From assembly GCA_004431415.1 (NCBI GenBank), contig QPMI01000220.1, positions 131,090-195,089 of the forward strand: a DNA stretch of 64,000 nucleotides, read 5' to 3'. This document shows positions 1 to 14,209 of this stretch, one piece after another. Source of the stretch: Cyanophora paradoxa CCMP329 (Eukaryota; Plantae; Glaucophyta). A model generated the notes under the pieces. The model was not told where the DNA came from, did no database searches, and was given only the letters and a program-made list of their open reading frames with translations. Position 1 is the first letter of the stretch, and every line of letters begins with the position of its first letter. A program made the translations under genes and the position numbers.

Positions 1-3000
1 CCACCTTCAAGCTCAGCGTCGCCGAGACCAGCCCTGGCATGGCGAATGCGATCGGGATCGAGCCGCCGACCATGTCGGAGGCGAAGGACGACGAACCCTG
101 GTTGTGGATCTGGATGATTCGAGTGGTCTCGGACCCGACCGCGACGCTGCCTAGTCTGCGTGCAGAGGCGGGTGAGCGACGGCGCGGCCCTGCCCATCGG
201 CCCAACCTCAGTGAGCGCACTCGAGGCTGCCTTCGATGGACCACTGGAACAGCGCGCCAGCTCCGCAGACCCCCAGGTTGACCACGTCACCTGCTCGCTC
301 GAGCTCGTTCATCAATATAATCCGCGGAGGCAGACTCGAGAGATGCGAAACGGACCTTCCTCCTCGTCCTCGATCGTCACCATTCCCTCGTAGAAAGAAT
401 CGCCGGGCGGGAGGAAGCCGAGCTGTTCGAGCGTGCACGCGCGCTCAGGCGAACGCCGACAGATCTAGAGACTTTTCGCGAATTGAGACACCTTCACGAC
501 GAACGCGCTCAGAGGCGGGATTTCCAGCTGGTTCTCGCCGTCGATCTCCAGGAAGCTGTGCCTCGTGAAGACGCGGGCGTGGCAGGTGCGGACACTCAGA
601 TTCGACACGAGGAGCGGCCGCCAAGACGTTTGGCCTGAGCGAATGAAGTTTGCATCCGAAGTTGCGCAAAAAGCAGAGAAGAGCTCGAGTTACCGATGAA
701 GCAGTACATGAAGTCGTATTGCTGTCCGGAGAGGGACGACGGCCGGTACTGCACAGAGGCCGGCAAGGGGATCGTGGAGTTGAACGGGAAACCCTGCGGG
801 TGCAGCTCCAGCAAGGTCTGGAGATGGGCTCTACGGTCAGCACGCTCTGCCGAGAGCGGCGCGAACGCTTCCCTAGGCCTACCTCGTCGGGGGCGTGGAC
901 GAGCAGCCGCTGGTCGGCACCCGAGCCTTTCAGGAGCACTGTCACGGGGATTCCCTTCCACGCAATCTGTGCCCCGAGATTAGGCGCTGGCGTTGGCCAG
1001 TTGTAGACGTTGGCCAGTTGCAGGCCGGCAGACCTCGAGATTGCGGAGAGAAATCCCGTCCTCCGGTCCGAAAACCTTCGACGGCTTGAAGATGACGGTC
1101 AGGTTGACGCTATCGCCGCTTTCGATCTCGCCAGTGGCGTTGTGGAGCGTAAATCCATCTGCAAGATCCGTAAATAGCGATCAATTAGGCACGCGAGGGA
1201 GAGAGAGATAGGAAACCTGCTGTCAGAGCTTGCAGAGGTTTTCCCGCCTCGTCCAGCAAGCGGGCCTCGTATTGCGTCTTGTACGTCCCTTCGTTGTACA
1301 GCTGCACACTGCGCGACGGATCGAGCTGCAAGCAGACGTGAAAATCCGGAAGAAAACCGGTGTTCACCTCGCCAACTGCTCTCGCGCGAAGCGGCACACG
1401 CCGAAATCCAGGACGAGGGGCTCCACCTTGAGGGCTGCCTCCCCCACCTTGCCGTAGACCACGATCGTGGGATTGGCGATGGCTCCTTGGACCTGCGCAA
1501 GCACCCATCAACTACTGTCGGCGACGTCTCCAGAGAAGCTTGAGATCCTACCAGGAACTCGGCGGAGTGCAGGCCCGGAGCTGCTGGATTGAGGGTTGTC
1601 TGCACGACGACGGAGCTCGCGGGCTCGAGCTCGAACGAAGCTGGCGTCATTGTGATATACTCCGAAGCTTTTCCAGACGACTGCAGATTGACAGTCGCGG
1701 GGAGGTTGCCCTGGTTGGTCAGCAGCAGGAAGTCGATCGGGCGCGGCTCGCTCTTCACTTCCACGAGTCCCTGCGCAAATGCTCGCGTAAGGACAACTCG
1801 GCATGATGCGAGGAGGCGAGCGGACCAGGGCGACTTCGATGATGTCCATTCGAGCTGGAGCGCGACCGCGTCAATGTGAGAAATGAAATTCGGTTGGACA
1901 AAACCCGCCACGCACGTTTGGAGATCGACACGCCTTGTGGAATGTCCTCGATAATCTAGCAAGATCGATACTTTGATGTCGGTTCCAAAGCGGCACGTTG
2001 GAAGCTCTAGGACTCACCGCCGCTGTGATGAGCGCCAGGCCTCCGCGCACTTTGATGGAACCGTGATACACCTCGTTGATCTGAGCGGACGTGATCGTGA
2101 GCGCTTCACTCGGTACGTCCTAGTGAATTACATGCAGGAAAAGCACCTGCGAGACCATGCGGAACTTTGCGGCGTACTCCACTTCGTACCCCGTGGGCAC
2201 GCATGAAATCCTGAACTCCGATAGGGCGCCCGGCGCCATCTGCGGGCAGCTTAACGAGACAAACAGCGGCGCAGGGCGGCGGAGAGAGCGCACGTTCGCC
2301 GACTCGGGGTCGATGAAGAAGGCAGGCTTGCGAGAAACTCCCCTTCCGATTGCCTGCCGCACCAAGTTCTGCACCGAATTCGGAACGGCGGCCCGCTTCA
2401 TCGCAACTGCCTCGAGGAGATCAAGCGCCAAACAAATCGGAGAAAGTTGCAGAAAGCACCGCTCTTCGCGTCGAATTCCATGCCGATCTCGACGGAAAGT
2501 TTGCCCACATTGGACACCTGAATCGCCCGGCTCGCTGCGAAAGATAAATCAGTCTACAGTCGAGCTCAATGCTGAACTGAACAAGTCCTCGCCTTCCGTT
2601 CCAAGAGCAACGATTCCGAAATCCAAGTCGAGGTCGTTCTGTATGATGAGCTGAGGCGGCAGGACCATGGCGTGCACGGACAAGGTCGACTCTCCGCCGT
2701 CCGTGTCGAACGTGATTTCTCCCCTGCGGAAAGCGTAAGAGTTGGCGGCTTCATTCGCGGGTTGGAAACTGACACAAAGCCGCCGTGAGTGGTCTGCTTG
2801 TTCGGCTTGAGGCTGACGCGGACACACTGCTCTCCGCTGCCCGGGATTTCGCCGCTTGCAGGGTCGACCCAAAGGATGCTCCTGAACGCATGCTGAGAGA
2901 ACGCCTGCCAGATGCACGACGCCCTGCCCGAACGTCAGTTTAGAGAGCGGCGTGAAAAGAGAGGCCGGCTCGAAATCAGGCCAGAACCTTCCACTGTTGA

Positions 3001-6000
3001 CGAGTTTCTGGGGAGAAAAAGCGCTTCAGTGCTAATGCGAAAAGCAGGAAGACAGGAAATCGCACCAGTTCCACCTGCGACATGTTGTTGACCACGACGA
3101 GACCTGTTCTCTTGTGAGCACTAGTATTGCACGCGGCTGGCTCAGAGAAGCGCTGGCGCTCACCCATGTCGACCGAACGGACGGGCATAACGAAGGCGGG
3201 GACGCCGATGTCTGCTTTGACCTGCACGACCCTCTTCTGCACGGGGCTGCCGGGGCTCGTCTCCCACTCCAAGGTCAAAGGCACGCGAATCGGGTTGGCC
3301 GTGATGGACAGAACGACCAAGGGGATCTCCAGCCTCTGCCCGGATGCGATCGGAATCGAGAGGGTCTGCACCCGCTCGTCCATCATCGTGACTTCGTTGC
3401 TGTCCGAGTGGAGCCTGATGACAGTCGGCAGCAGGCCGACGTTGCGGACGCTGATCCTCCCCCTGGCCGGGCGCTGCGCCTTGACCGTTCCGAAGTCCAT
3501 CACGTCGGGCGTCTGGAAAACGATGTCCGCGCTGGCGCCGACGCCCTTCAGGAACACTACAGAGTGGACGAAGTCCGATTGGATGCTGCAGCTGCCGCTG
3601 ATGGCCGCCTGCGCCCTCCGCGGAGTGCACTGGACGGGGAGGGAGAGGAGCTCGCCCGGCCCCAGCGAGGCCGTCGACGGGCAGGACGGATCAAGCTCGA
3701 AGCCCTGGGAGAAACGGGAGACGTGAATCGACTGCGTCTCCAGACTCTCGTTCACCGCTCGTATGTGCAAGCGTCTGCGGTCAGGGGAGGTGAGGTGAGC
3801 GACATTGGTACATGCCATCGAGCACGTTCTGAATACTGACCCCGGCGCATCTTCAGCGCGATGCTGCGTTGAATTCGCAACGGGGACGATTCCGAAATCG
3901 AGAACGCTTGGAGTCACGACCACAGGCCGCAACGACGACCCTCGAAGCTGCGTTTCCACTCTAAACAAGGGCGGCACGTCGTCCTCCGAGGAATTTGCGG
4001 TGTCCGAAGACAGAAACACGAAAGTGAGGGTGTGCTGATCCGACAAGCGCATCTGCCTTTCGGGTGCGAAGATGGCGCGGAGGTGAAGCGCGTGGTCCGG
4101 ATGAATGGTGCTGATTGCAGGGCCGGTGGAGGAATCCGAAGAATCCGACGCGTGCGACACAGTGATGGTCCTGCGCTGCGCGCCTTTGACGGCAATGCCG
4201 CCGACTCCACGGAAGTGCTTGGACTTCGAATGCATCGCATGCGCGGTGCCATCCCGCACGTGCGCGTCGGGCTCGTTATCCAGCGACGAGCCTTTGCTCA
4301 AGGCGACGGCCTGACGGAGGTTCAAGCGCAACATCGCCCAGAGGTTTACGTGCTGGTACACGTGCAGCAGCTGGTTTCCGCCCGACTCCTCGCCGACGAC
4401 TTCGAGCTCGCACGTGTGGGGCGCGGCGCTGACCACCTGGAGAAGCGACGCGGGCAAGGATCCCGTGTTGCGGACGGTGAAGTCGCAGATCGAGGCCGTG
4501 CCGAGGCGAGTGCGGCCGAAGTCGATCGTCGCAGGGGGAAGGACGCGCAGCGTCCCTGCGACTCCTTCCAGTCGCACCGAATGCGTTATGTCGCTGAGAG
4601 CGATCCAAAGATCCGCCCTGTGCTTGCCGCTCTCGTTTGGCTCGTACAAGATGGTGACCTGAAGAAGAAGAGCAATCAGATCGCGTCTTTTTACAACACC
4701 AGGAATCCGCAAACCTTAATCGTGTTGTTAGATTCCAAAGTCGCACTGGTTTGCTCCGTTTCAAAAGATGCGGAGAAGGGGCTGTGCACTGTCATCTCCA
4801 GCTCCTCGGGCAGCTCGCCGTGATTTGCGAGGGTGAACTCGATTTGCCGCTGCGAGCCCAGTGAGGCGCGCAGGAAATCCGGATAGGCGAGCAAAGTCAC
4901 CTTGTCGCCCAAGAGAACTACTCCGAAGTCGAGAGTGGAAATCGGAAGCCCGATCAAGACCCTGAGGAAGCATTCATCGGATTGTCGGCAACGGCCGGAA
5001 CAGTGTCAGAACTGACCTTGGCGATGCCTGGCCCACTAGCCGGCAGCTCTGCAGGTCGCGCCCTTGACAAACAAGCGTCAAGGGCTGCGAGAAGATGCCG
5101 GCCTGCGCTGGCGCGAAGTCCACGGCGGCGTACTGCGACCCGCCAGCTTCCAAGAAGCCCTCTTCAGGCTGGACGGTAAACGGAGCCTCCTGATTCTCGC
5201 TCGTCTTCACGGCGATGAGCTGCCATTTTTGCCGAGCCTTGGAAGCGTTCTGGATGAGAATCGCCTGGGTGTGGGTGCTGCCGACGCGGCACTTGAACGA
5301 GACTTCGCCGGTCGGCTGCATCGTCAGCGGGTTCTCCTCGCTCTCCGACGAGACGACTTCGACGGCGTCCAGCGCGCCCGTGTTCAGGCTCGCGAGGCAG
5401 ACGAACCCCTTCAGGCACGTCGACCCGTGCGCTTGCCGCCGGCTCTTGTGGAGGACGGAGAGCTGGAGGGCCGACTCCGCCAAGACGGCCACCTCCTCGC
5501 CGGAGACGTCCTGGTCCCCCGCTTGTGCGAGGAGGGCGTGCATCCCAGGCGAGGTCAGGAGGACGGCCGAGTGGTCCTCTCCGCTCGAGACCTCCAGCGC
5601 CGCTTTCCGCCCGAGGCCGCCCACCTGGACGACGTCCGCCGAGAACTGGAACGCGGGGCTCGGGAGTGCAGGAAGCTCCACGTTGCCCTTCTTCATGCCG
5701 GCGAACCGAGGCGCGAGGGCGGCCGGCACAACAGAGGACCCGCCCGAGAGCCTGGTTGGAAGGTGAGTTGGATGCGTGCGACCCTGAAATCAAAAGTGCC
5801 AGACCAGTCTCGAATCTGGATGATTTCCTTCGTGAACTGCCCAGCGGAGCTGACAGTGTCATCCTCGCCCGAGGGCTTCGGAGAAATCGCGATCGCCACG
5901 AAGTGCAAGTTGCCCTCTGAGAGCACGCCAGGTTTTAGATCGTTTTCCGATCGAAAAAAAGAGGAACGAGCTTACTGATGCGAGCAGGAAACTGGGCCTG

Positions 6001-9000
6001 GGACGGGCTGATCATGTTGAACTTGATCGGGGTGCGCACGACGCCCTTCACTTGCGGGGCGAACGAGACGGCGAGAGAGATCGTTTCGAGAGGGCCGATC
6101 GTGACCAACTCCTTCCCGCTGACCGTCGGCTTCTGCTTCGCGCTCTTGCCGCCGGCAGTCGACGCGTAGCTCAGGAACGTGCGCTCCGCCTCGAAAGTGA
6201 GGGTGAACTGCAGCTGGAGGGACGACGCGTTCTCGACGGGGACGAGGACGCGGCACTCGCCGCCGACGAGGACTGGCGGGAGATGGATGTCGGGCTCGAC
6301 GGGGATCTCCAGGGGCTGCCCCACGAAGCCCCGCAGGGCGACCCGGACCGGGCGGCTCCCCGGAGAGGAGACCTCCAGGTTCGCGAAGAAGGGGCCGGGC
6401 TGGAGCTTCGCCAGGTCGGGAAGCCGGGCGGTCAGGACGGCCTCTTGCAGGGGCTCCAGGTGGAGCGTCAGGCTGCGGGAGAACGAGTCCACCACGCACT
6501 CCCGGGGCGACGCGTCGATCTCTATCGCGGGTATCGAGCAGGACACGATCGCGGTCCGGAAGTCGCTGGACATGTTGTGAACGACGACGCTTGACTCGAA
6601 GGTGCCCGCTCCGAGGCAGATCCCGTAGTCGGCTAGAAGCAGGTTGCTTCCGAGCGACCGCCTGACCTGCTCGAACTGCTGGAGGAGGCCTCCGGATCGC
6701 GCGTAGCCGACGCTGTCGCCGGTGAGAAGAGAGAACTCGGACCCGAAGGGGGCGTCGTCCTCCAGCCTCAGCTCTCCCTTGCGCATGCCCCTGGACACGT
6801 AGACGGCGATCGGGTGGCCGCATAGCCCCTCAAGCTGCACGGCCTGGCGCTCGCCGCCGGGGCCGACAACGTCGAAGCGAGCCCGGTACCTGCCCGCCGC
6901 TTCAATAAAATCGTGTACCGAAAACGGGCAACGAAAACCGCCAGCACCTGCCAACAACTGACGCCTCGCAGAACAACTGTACGGCTCTCTCCTCCCCCGA
7001 TGAGAGCTCGAACGATCGCGCAGGAATGTTGATCTTCGACGCAGGTTTAGATGGCGCGGCGCAGGTCAGAATAGCGGCGGGCACCTGTGGAACGTGTTTG
7101 TGGTCCCCGCTGTGCGGGACGACCACTTCACAGGAGATGCCTTCTGGGCTGAGGTTCCTGCACGTGAACGACGTCTCCAGCGGGACCCCAGGCTCCAGCC
7201 AGCCGACGTGGACGATCGCGGGCCTCACTTGGAAACTTGGCCCTTTGAACGCTTCGATCTTGGTACTCGCGAGAGCTTTCCCGGAGGGAGCGATGGCGCG
7301 CATGGTCCCATGCACGCTGATGGACTGGCGACGGATGGAGACAGGATCGAACGTTACAACTGTGGGTGTTGCCGGGGTCAGCCATCGCTAGTGACAAGAA
7401 GCGTTTAGCGCGCACCGATCTCCTGCTGGCCATTGACCGGCGCTGGGAAGACTAGAGGGCTCGCCGTGAAAACGTCAGCTGGCTGAACCACAATAGATAT
7501 CATCGGCCGCTCATGCGCCATTGCGGCTTTTTGTGCCTCGCTACGTACTTCAGTTAGGAAAGCGAGAGAATTATCAAAGGAGCAAGAAGGAAAGGCTGAC
7601 CTGAGGGTCAGGTGGAACGTGCAGGAGGCCCGGTACGTGCCGCAGGCGATCGCGACGTGGCTGCTCGAGAAGTGCGCCTTTCTCGCCGTCCGGGGTCTCG
7701 AAGTTGCAGCTGACGCCGCGCGCGGAGTCGCTCGTCCTGCGTCGGACCCTTCTGCTGGGCTCCTGGCGGCAGCCCTCGAGAAGCGGCGCGTAGAGCGGCT
7801 TCCGGATCTGAAGGGACTCGCAGCGCCAGCTGGCGGCGACGGCTTTCGACCTGGATCAGAGCGGGCGTGAAAAACGACGCGAATTCGAATGGAATTTCTC
7901 GGTGAAATTCGCGCACGCTGTTCGTCGGGATGGGATTCGCGCGATGATGCGCGGGCATCCTGCGGGTCTGCTGAACGGGCCCGACCTCCCTCTCTCGAGG
8001 GCGGCTGGGACCGGTCCCGCTCAGAGGCCGCTCCGTCGCGCTCGTCTCCGTCGTCCGCGTCTTGGTCGGCGCCGATGTCGTCGGGTTGAATGAACGCTGC
8101 AACAGCGTCGAAATTCAGAAGCAGATTAAAATGCCAGCCCGCGCCCGCGCACCTTCCAGGATATCTTGTGGGTCGCCCGAGGGACTCGCACCTAGAGATC
8201 CGCGGCTCTGGATTCGCGACGCGACAGCCTTCTGATAGGCTGCGCATCCCGTTCGAAATTCGAGTCTCAAGCGATGGCGGTGCCCGGTTGCGTTGGGCGG
8301 CGAATGAAACGAGGCACTGACCGAGCATGTCTTGCGGGAAATAGTACGGGACACCCTGGAGAGTGAAGCCGGACGCCGGCGGCAGCACGTAGCCGTCAGC
8401 CAGGGCCAGGGGGAAGCCGTCGCGATCGAAGCCAACGATCTTCCTCTCGAGACTCCGCGGGTACGGAAGCAGCTCTGCCACCGTATTAGTTCGCGAAAGC
8501 AGGTCGATCTGTATTTAGAGGCTCTGGGCGTACCGCATGGGGCGCCGTAGAAAGGCGTGCCCTCCACCGTGTACCCCGCAGGCTCCGACTCGAAATTGCA
8601 CGGCATGGCGAAGAAGACCTTCTCGAGCACCCGCCCCGCAGGGTACGCGAGCGCGCTTGCGGACGGCTTGCTGGGAGCTATTTCGGCTACGTTTGCGTTT
8701 GTAACTTCCTGCAAATCGAGAATCAAATGCAAAGCGGAGCGCCTTAGTGAAAGAGAGAAAATTTGCGGACCAGCGTGACGAGCTCTGCCTTCCTCCCAGC
8801 TTCTTTCGGAAAGACCTGCATCTGAAGTTTGGTGCCGACCGCGAGCAGGCTGGGCGGGTCGGTATGTCAGGAGCGATCGAGAGGGATAAGACTTATAATT
8901 GTGCGAACGCGTGCGCACGTCGTGACGTCCGTCGACGGCAGGATCTGCACGGTGCCGGAGTCGTCTTCCCTCCCGACCACTTTGCACGCGACTCTCCTGC

Positions 9001-11592
9001 GGATCGCGCGGGGTTCCCCCTTCGGGCGCTCGTTCTTGTCCGGGAGCGCCAGCGGCTGGGTGACGTCGAGGTGGATGGTGGAGTGGAGGAGGAAGTCGGA
9101 GTCGACGGCGGGATCGTGGAGATCCAGATCGTACAGGGCGAGCACGGGCGCCGGCAGCGACAGGAGCGTGAAGCCCTCCGGGGCGCCCCCCGCGTCTTCG
9201 GGCAGGAAGGGCGTGTGCTCCCCGGCGACGGCCAGCTTGGTCGGGGCCGGCGCCTCCTGGAACCCCGCAGGGAGCCCTTGGACGCTGCTGCTGAGGTCGT
9301 CCCCGGAGGGGTCGACGCGGACGAAGCCGGCCGGAATGCCCGGCGCCGCTGCTGCTTCCAAACCGTTGCCGATGTAAATGGACGTGGGCACTGAGACTGC
9401 GCCCGCGGGCACTCCGAGAATGGAGGGGAAAGCCTGCGCGAGTGTGAGAAACGTGGAGGCGACTGCGAGGCCGGAAGCACCTTGGAGAGGGAGACAGAGG
9501 AACCGGCGGGAAGGGGCAGCTTGAGGGAGACGGCGCGGGTGCGCTCGAACCCCACGAGGCCGGCGTCAAGCGAGTCGCGGCCCGGCTGCCGCCGCTCGTT
9601 GAGCAGGACGAGGGGCCCCCTCTTGTACTGGCTCTCCGCCGCCCCGCCCGCCTCCTTCGGGACCTCGGAGGCGTCCCTCCCGACCAGGAAGTCCCCCTCG
9701 GACACCTCCTCCGCGGCGCTGGCGACCTCCTTGGCGAACAGCAGGCTGGCCAGCAGGTCCTGCTGGTCGTCCGCCTCGGCCTGCGCCGCGAGCTGCTCCT
9801 CGTAGATCTTTTCCGCCTCGGCGTGCAGTCCCGCCGGCAGGTCGACCTGCATCTGGCGGGTTTCGTCAGTTAAAATGCGGCACGAATCGGATGCGGAAAC
9901 GTTAACGAAACGAACCAGCGGCGGGTTAGAAACCACCTTGAAGCTCGCCGAGCTGAGACCCCTCGGCGGGAACTGACTGCCGCGGCGTGCATTCGCTTTC
10001 CGCGGGGAGGAGCTTTGATGTTCCGCGGAGCTGGATACAGGCTGCGCCAAATGCAAGTACCTGCGGCAAGCACATGTTCTCAACGCGAGGCTCTACAGGA
10101 AGCAGCATCGACGGCGTACCTCTTTGCACCTGCAGCGACGGCATTCTCGAAATCCTCGAAGGCCTTCTGTTGTTCGGCGATCCCTAGAACTCTCCACAGA
10201 TTCATGAAGCAAGTCAGTTGTTGGCGCAGGTCCTCGTGCGGCTGCTGCGTCTCAAGGTGCAGCTGCAACCGAACGTTCAAGTCGGTCAATCTATACAGAG
10301 AGCGAGAGAGATAAAGTGATAGAAATGGAGGGGGTAAGGATCTAGAGCCGCGAGGGGTGGGGGTGGCGGGAGCAGGGTGGGGAGGTGAGGGGGGGAGGGG
10401 GGAGGGAGGGGGGGAAGCATGGGGAAAGGTAGGGGGGTGGCCTAGGGGGGGAGAGGGGGAGGGTAACGGGAGGGGGTAAGGAAGGGGGCGGGGGGGGGAT
10501 GAAGGAAGAGGGGTAGGCCCTGAGATTCTGGGCGAAGGGGGTGGGTACGACAACACACCTCGACGTCGCGATGCAGAACGGGCCACACGACACGTTTGAG
10601 TTCCGGGGTCACATATGGCTGAGAAGAAGAGTGAGAAAGCTACAACGAAGTCGCGCGCGGTTTGCGTGAGAGAACGTTCGGACCACGGAATTCAGAGCCG
10701 CGAAGAACGCCGCGATAACGAAGTCGTCTGTGTTGGGGTTGTGCATCTCGCGCCGTCCGATCAGGGCGACGAGCGGTAAGACGGCGCCGAGCTGCGGCGC
10801 CCCGGCCATGCATCGCCCGATCGCGAAGAAGAGGTACGCCTGCGACACCCTTAGCTAGATAGAGGTTCCCAGAGAGAGCGTGCACGCTCACCTTCACGTC
10901 TTGATGACCAGACCCGCCGTCGCTCGGAGGTTTATCGATCGCCAGCGCCACCTGGGTCATGAGCACGCTGAGTATCTGCGCGAGGGATCAGAAATTGGGC
11001 ATCGCGACATCGCGAGGGCGGGGGGGGGGGGGGGGGGGGAGGGGTCGCGGAAGGGGAACGAGGGGGGGGGGGGGGCGGGAGCGGGGCGGGAGGAGGAGCG
11101 GGGGGGGTGGGGGGGGGGGGTTGTTGGAGGGTAGGTGTGGGGGGGGAGGGAGGGGGAGGGGAGGGGGAGGGAGAGGGGGCGAGCCTGCTCTCCGGCCTCG
11201 ACTGAAGACTTGAAGACTGCGGGACCGAGGTGGCCCAGGGCGCAGATTGCCGCCAGGCGGACCGACCGCAGCTCGTCGTGCTGCGGAAGGCCACATGCAT
11301 CAGGCGCGGGAGGGAGTGAGCCACTCTCTACGGCGCGCACGAGGCCGTCGACGAGCGCGTCGACGAGAGCGCTGCGGAGGGCGTCGACGATCTCGTCTGC
11401 GGCCTGAACCACGCGGTCCAGGAGGTGGAAGGCCAGCAGCCTCGTCGCGCCGTCGTCGCTCCTCGCGAGCTCAAGCAGAGCGGCGAGCAGCTCCTGCTGG
11501 TTGGACGGCGCTCCCGCCGTGCACGCGTCGTCCAGGGCGCTGATGACCTCCGCGCCGCCTTCCCAGCCCAGGGACAGTGCTGGGCGCGCCAT
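1..11592 (-). CDS. Giant multi-exon protein with tandem ASH (ASPM-SPD2-Hydin) Ig-like domains and a helical/HEAT-like N-terminus. Probably ciliary (HYDIN/CFAP47/CFAP65-like superfamily). It runs off the left edge.
   Basis: Minus-strand exons repeat ASH-type strands: LDFGIVALG, IDFGRTRLG..FTVRNTGSLPA, LDFGVVLLG..FTLANHGELP, MDFGTVKA..ISVRNVGLLP, LLLTNQGNLPA. Candidate ATG at 11592 (MARPALSLGW). Exact exon structure, and whether this is one gene, were not fully resolved. Confidence 0.65.
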
Positions 11593-12282
11593 CGCTGGGT
11601 GCGGGGCTCGTGCGGCCGCTGTCGTACAGCTGCGCCGGCTGGGCGGGAGCTTCGAGCCGCCCTGCCCCGCGCGTACGCGTGCGCGATGACCTTACCTACG
11701 CAGTTGAGTCGCTTGCTGCGCGCTGCAGGTGTCTACGCGTTTGCTGCTGAGGGCCTGCGAGCGAAGGAAAGCTTTCTGCGGCGCGCGGCGCTGCAGCGTC
11801 CCGCGCCATGAAGACAAGGGTCGGGACGGTGTCGCAGGTCACAAAGCAAGCTGGAGGCTTGTCTAACGCCGCAGCGACGGGGCGCGACCCGCGCCGAGCT
11901 CGACTACCGCCGCAGCGACATGGCGCGACGCTGCTGGTATGTCGCGGGACTCCCGCTGCTCTGCAACGCGTCTCTGCAGGTGGTGGCTGAGGCCCACAGG
12001 TGCGATGGAGCCCGAATCCCAGAGACAGCGAACGCGAACGATCCCAGTGCGCGGAAAGCAGCCGACGACGACTCCAGCGAGAGTGGCTACGGCATGCGCA
12101 AATGCTGCGGCTGCGGATCGATCGAAAACCGCTGGCGCCTACGCAGAATGCGCTGTACCCTGACCAAGCGGTCGGCGAACTTGATCCCAGCTGCAGCTGA
12201 GCGGCCGCACGCATCCGCTGCTGACGTATTTGATTTGAGAGCGAGCCCGACCCGCGCTGCGGAACGCCAACGCAAGCAAGCG

Positions 12283-13828
12283 ATGTTGTTCGTCGCACCG
12301 ACGCCTCTGGCCGTGCGGCATTCGACGGCGAACGCCATGCCCGTAACGCTCCCATCTCGCGTCGCTCGGCGGTCGGTGCGCGGCCCGACCCGCCAGCGCG
12401 CGCGCTATAGCTATCCCAGCGCATATTGGTCGCTGATCTGATCTCTACGTTGCCGCGACCGTACATCCTCCAGGCCAAACCGCAGGCAAGCGAGAACGAA
12501 CCCCGGCCCGCGCCACCTGCGGGATGCCACTGGGCCAGATCTAGAGCTCAACTCCAAGTGCGAGCGCAGGCGGCGGGTGCGCACGTGCGCTGCGAGGGGG
12601 ACGCGGGCGCCGACGCGGCGAGCAAGTCTGCGGAGAAGCTGGGCGTGGGCCGCGTGCAGCGCCACATCTTCATTTGCAACCCGACGAAGGCCAAGTGCGC
12701 CCCCGCCGAGGTGCGCCCGCGGGCCATCCACGCCCATGCCAGCTTCAACGCAAGTGTTCAAGAGAGAAGCCCGGCTGACGCATCGCGGCGCGCGCCGCGC
12801 TGCGCCCCTGCGGGCAAAGGTGTGCCAGGAGAGTTGGGCGGCGCTGAAGAAGCTGGTGGTGGAGGAGCAGATCGCTACGACGGTGGGCGGCTGCGTCTTC
12901 CGCACCCAGGCCAACTGCCTCCAGAGTGCGACCCCGCCGCCCACCCCGGCCCGCCCCGGCCCGCCCTGCTGCTCCGGATCCCGCACCCCCGCCGCCGGGC
13001 CGTTCTAGCACTGTACCCCCCGCCGACCTTAATCCCCCCGGCGGCCTGGCCCACCATGCGACCCGAAGCCTCACGGCCCTGGGTCGTGCGCGTGGCAACC
13101 GCCTCCCCCCCCCCCCCCCCCCCCAATCGCCCCGCCGTACCCCCCTCCCCCCCCCCGACAGCAAATTTCTCTACCCTCCGTTTCTGTCTCGGGCCCAAGG
13201 AACCCCGGGGACCTGCACCCCCCTCTCGCCGCTTTAGGAATCCGCTCCCACATGCATTCCGGGCTCACCGCCCGTGCGCGCTCAAAGCTCACCGCCCAGC
13301 CCGGGGCGCCCCAAGCCCCCCCCCCCCCCCCCCCCCCCCCCCCTTCCCCCCCATTCAACTCCCGCGAGCGCCGCCACTGACTCCGAACCCCCCCCCCTCC
13401 CCCCCTATCTCTCCTCCCCCCCCCCCCTTCTCCTCCTCCCCCCCCCCCCCGCCCTCTTCGCAGTCTGCCAGGACGGGCCGATCGCGGTGGTGTACGACTC
13501 GGAGGAAGACGGCCGCCTCCGCAGGACCTGGTACAGGTCCGCCGGGGCCCGGGCCCGGGCCCGCCGCCGCCGCCGCCGCCGCTGCCGCTCTGCGGATACA
13601 CTCCTCAAGATATGAGAGGCCACGTCCCCTCGCCTCTTCATTCTAGACCTCTAGCTATGGACCTCCCCGAGGCCTCGCAGTCGGCCCCGGACCGGGGCCA
13701 GCCGCCCCCGCGCCCGGCTGCGCTGACCCGGGGGCAGGCGGGCGCGGGGGGAGGAGCTGGAGGAGATCGTGCGGGAGCACCTCAAGGGCGGCCGCCCCGT
13801 CCCCCGCCTCGCCATCCGCTCCGAGTGA
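12283..13828 (+). CDS. Plastid-targeted thioredoxin-like [2Fe-2S] ferredoxin, cyanobacterial type (multi-exon)
   Basis: Spliced product: MLFVAPTPLAVRHST...VRC...QRHIFICNPTKAKCAPAE|VCQESWAALKKL...CVFRTQANCLQ|VCQDGPIAVVY...WYR|...LEEIVREHLKGGRPV. It has the four Cys ligands of the Trx-like 2Fe-2S family and an N-terminal Ser/Ala/Arg-rich extension with Phe3. Stop TGA at 13826-13828. Confidence 0.85.
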
Positions 13829-14209
13829 CCCCGCCCTGCGCTCTCGAGCTCACCAGAGTTCAAGAAAGTATTGATTGGGTGCGCAATGAGATCGAATGAG
13901 AGAGGCAGCTGCTGGCCGGCGCGCGGCGCGCGGGGACCGAGGGATCCGGATATCAACTCGATCGCGGCGACCCGCCGGTGCCTAGCTATAGGCCAGGATC
14001 TAGATCTAGATTTGGAGATCGCCTCCGGCTCTCGTCTAGATCTGGGCTGCAGCTGTAGCTCGCGCATTGCAAAGTAACTGACACACTCGTATATTCGACA
14101 TCGCTCAGGAAAAGTATTTTGAAACTCTCTGTACATCGCGCGGGCTCAGAGCAGACTCCGGAGAGAAATACATGTACAGTGCACGTGGACTCAGCGGGAG
14201 GCGCGGGCG

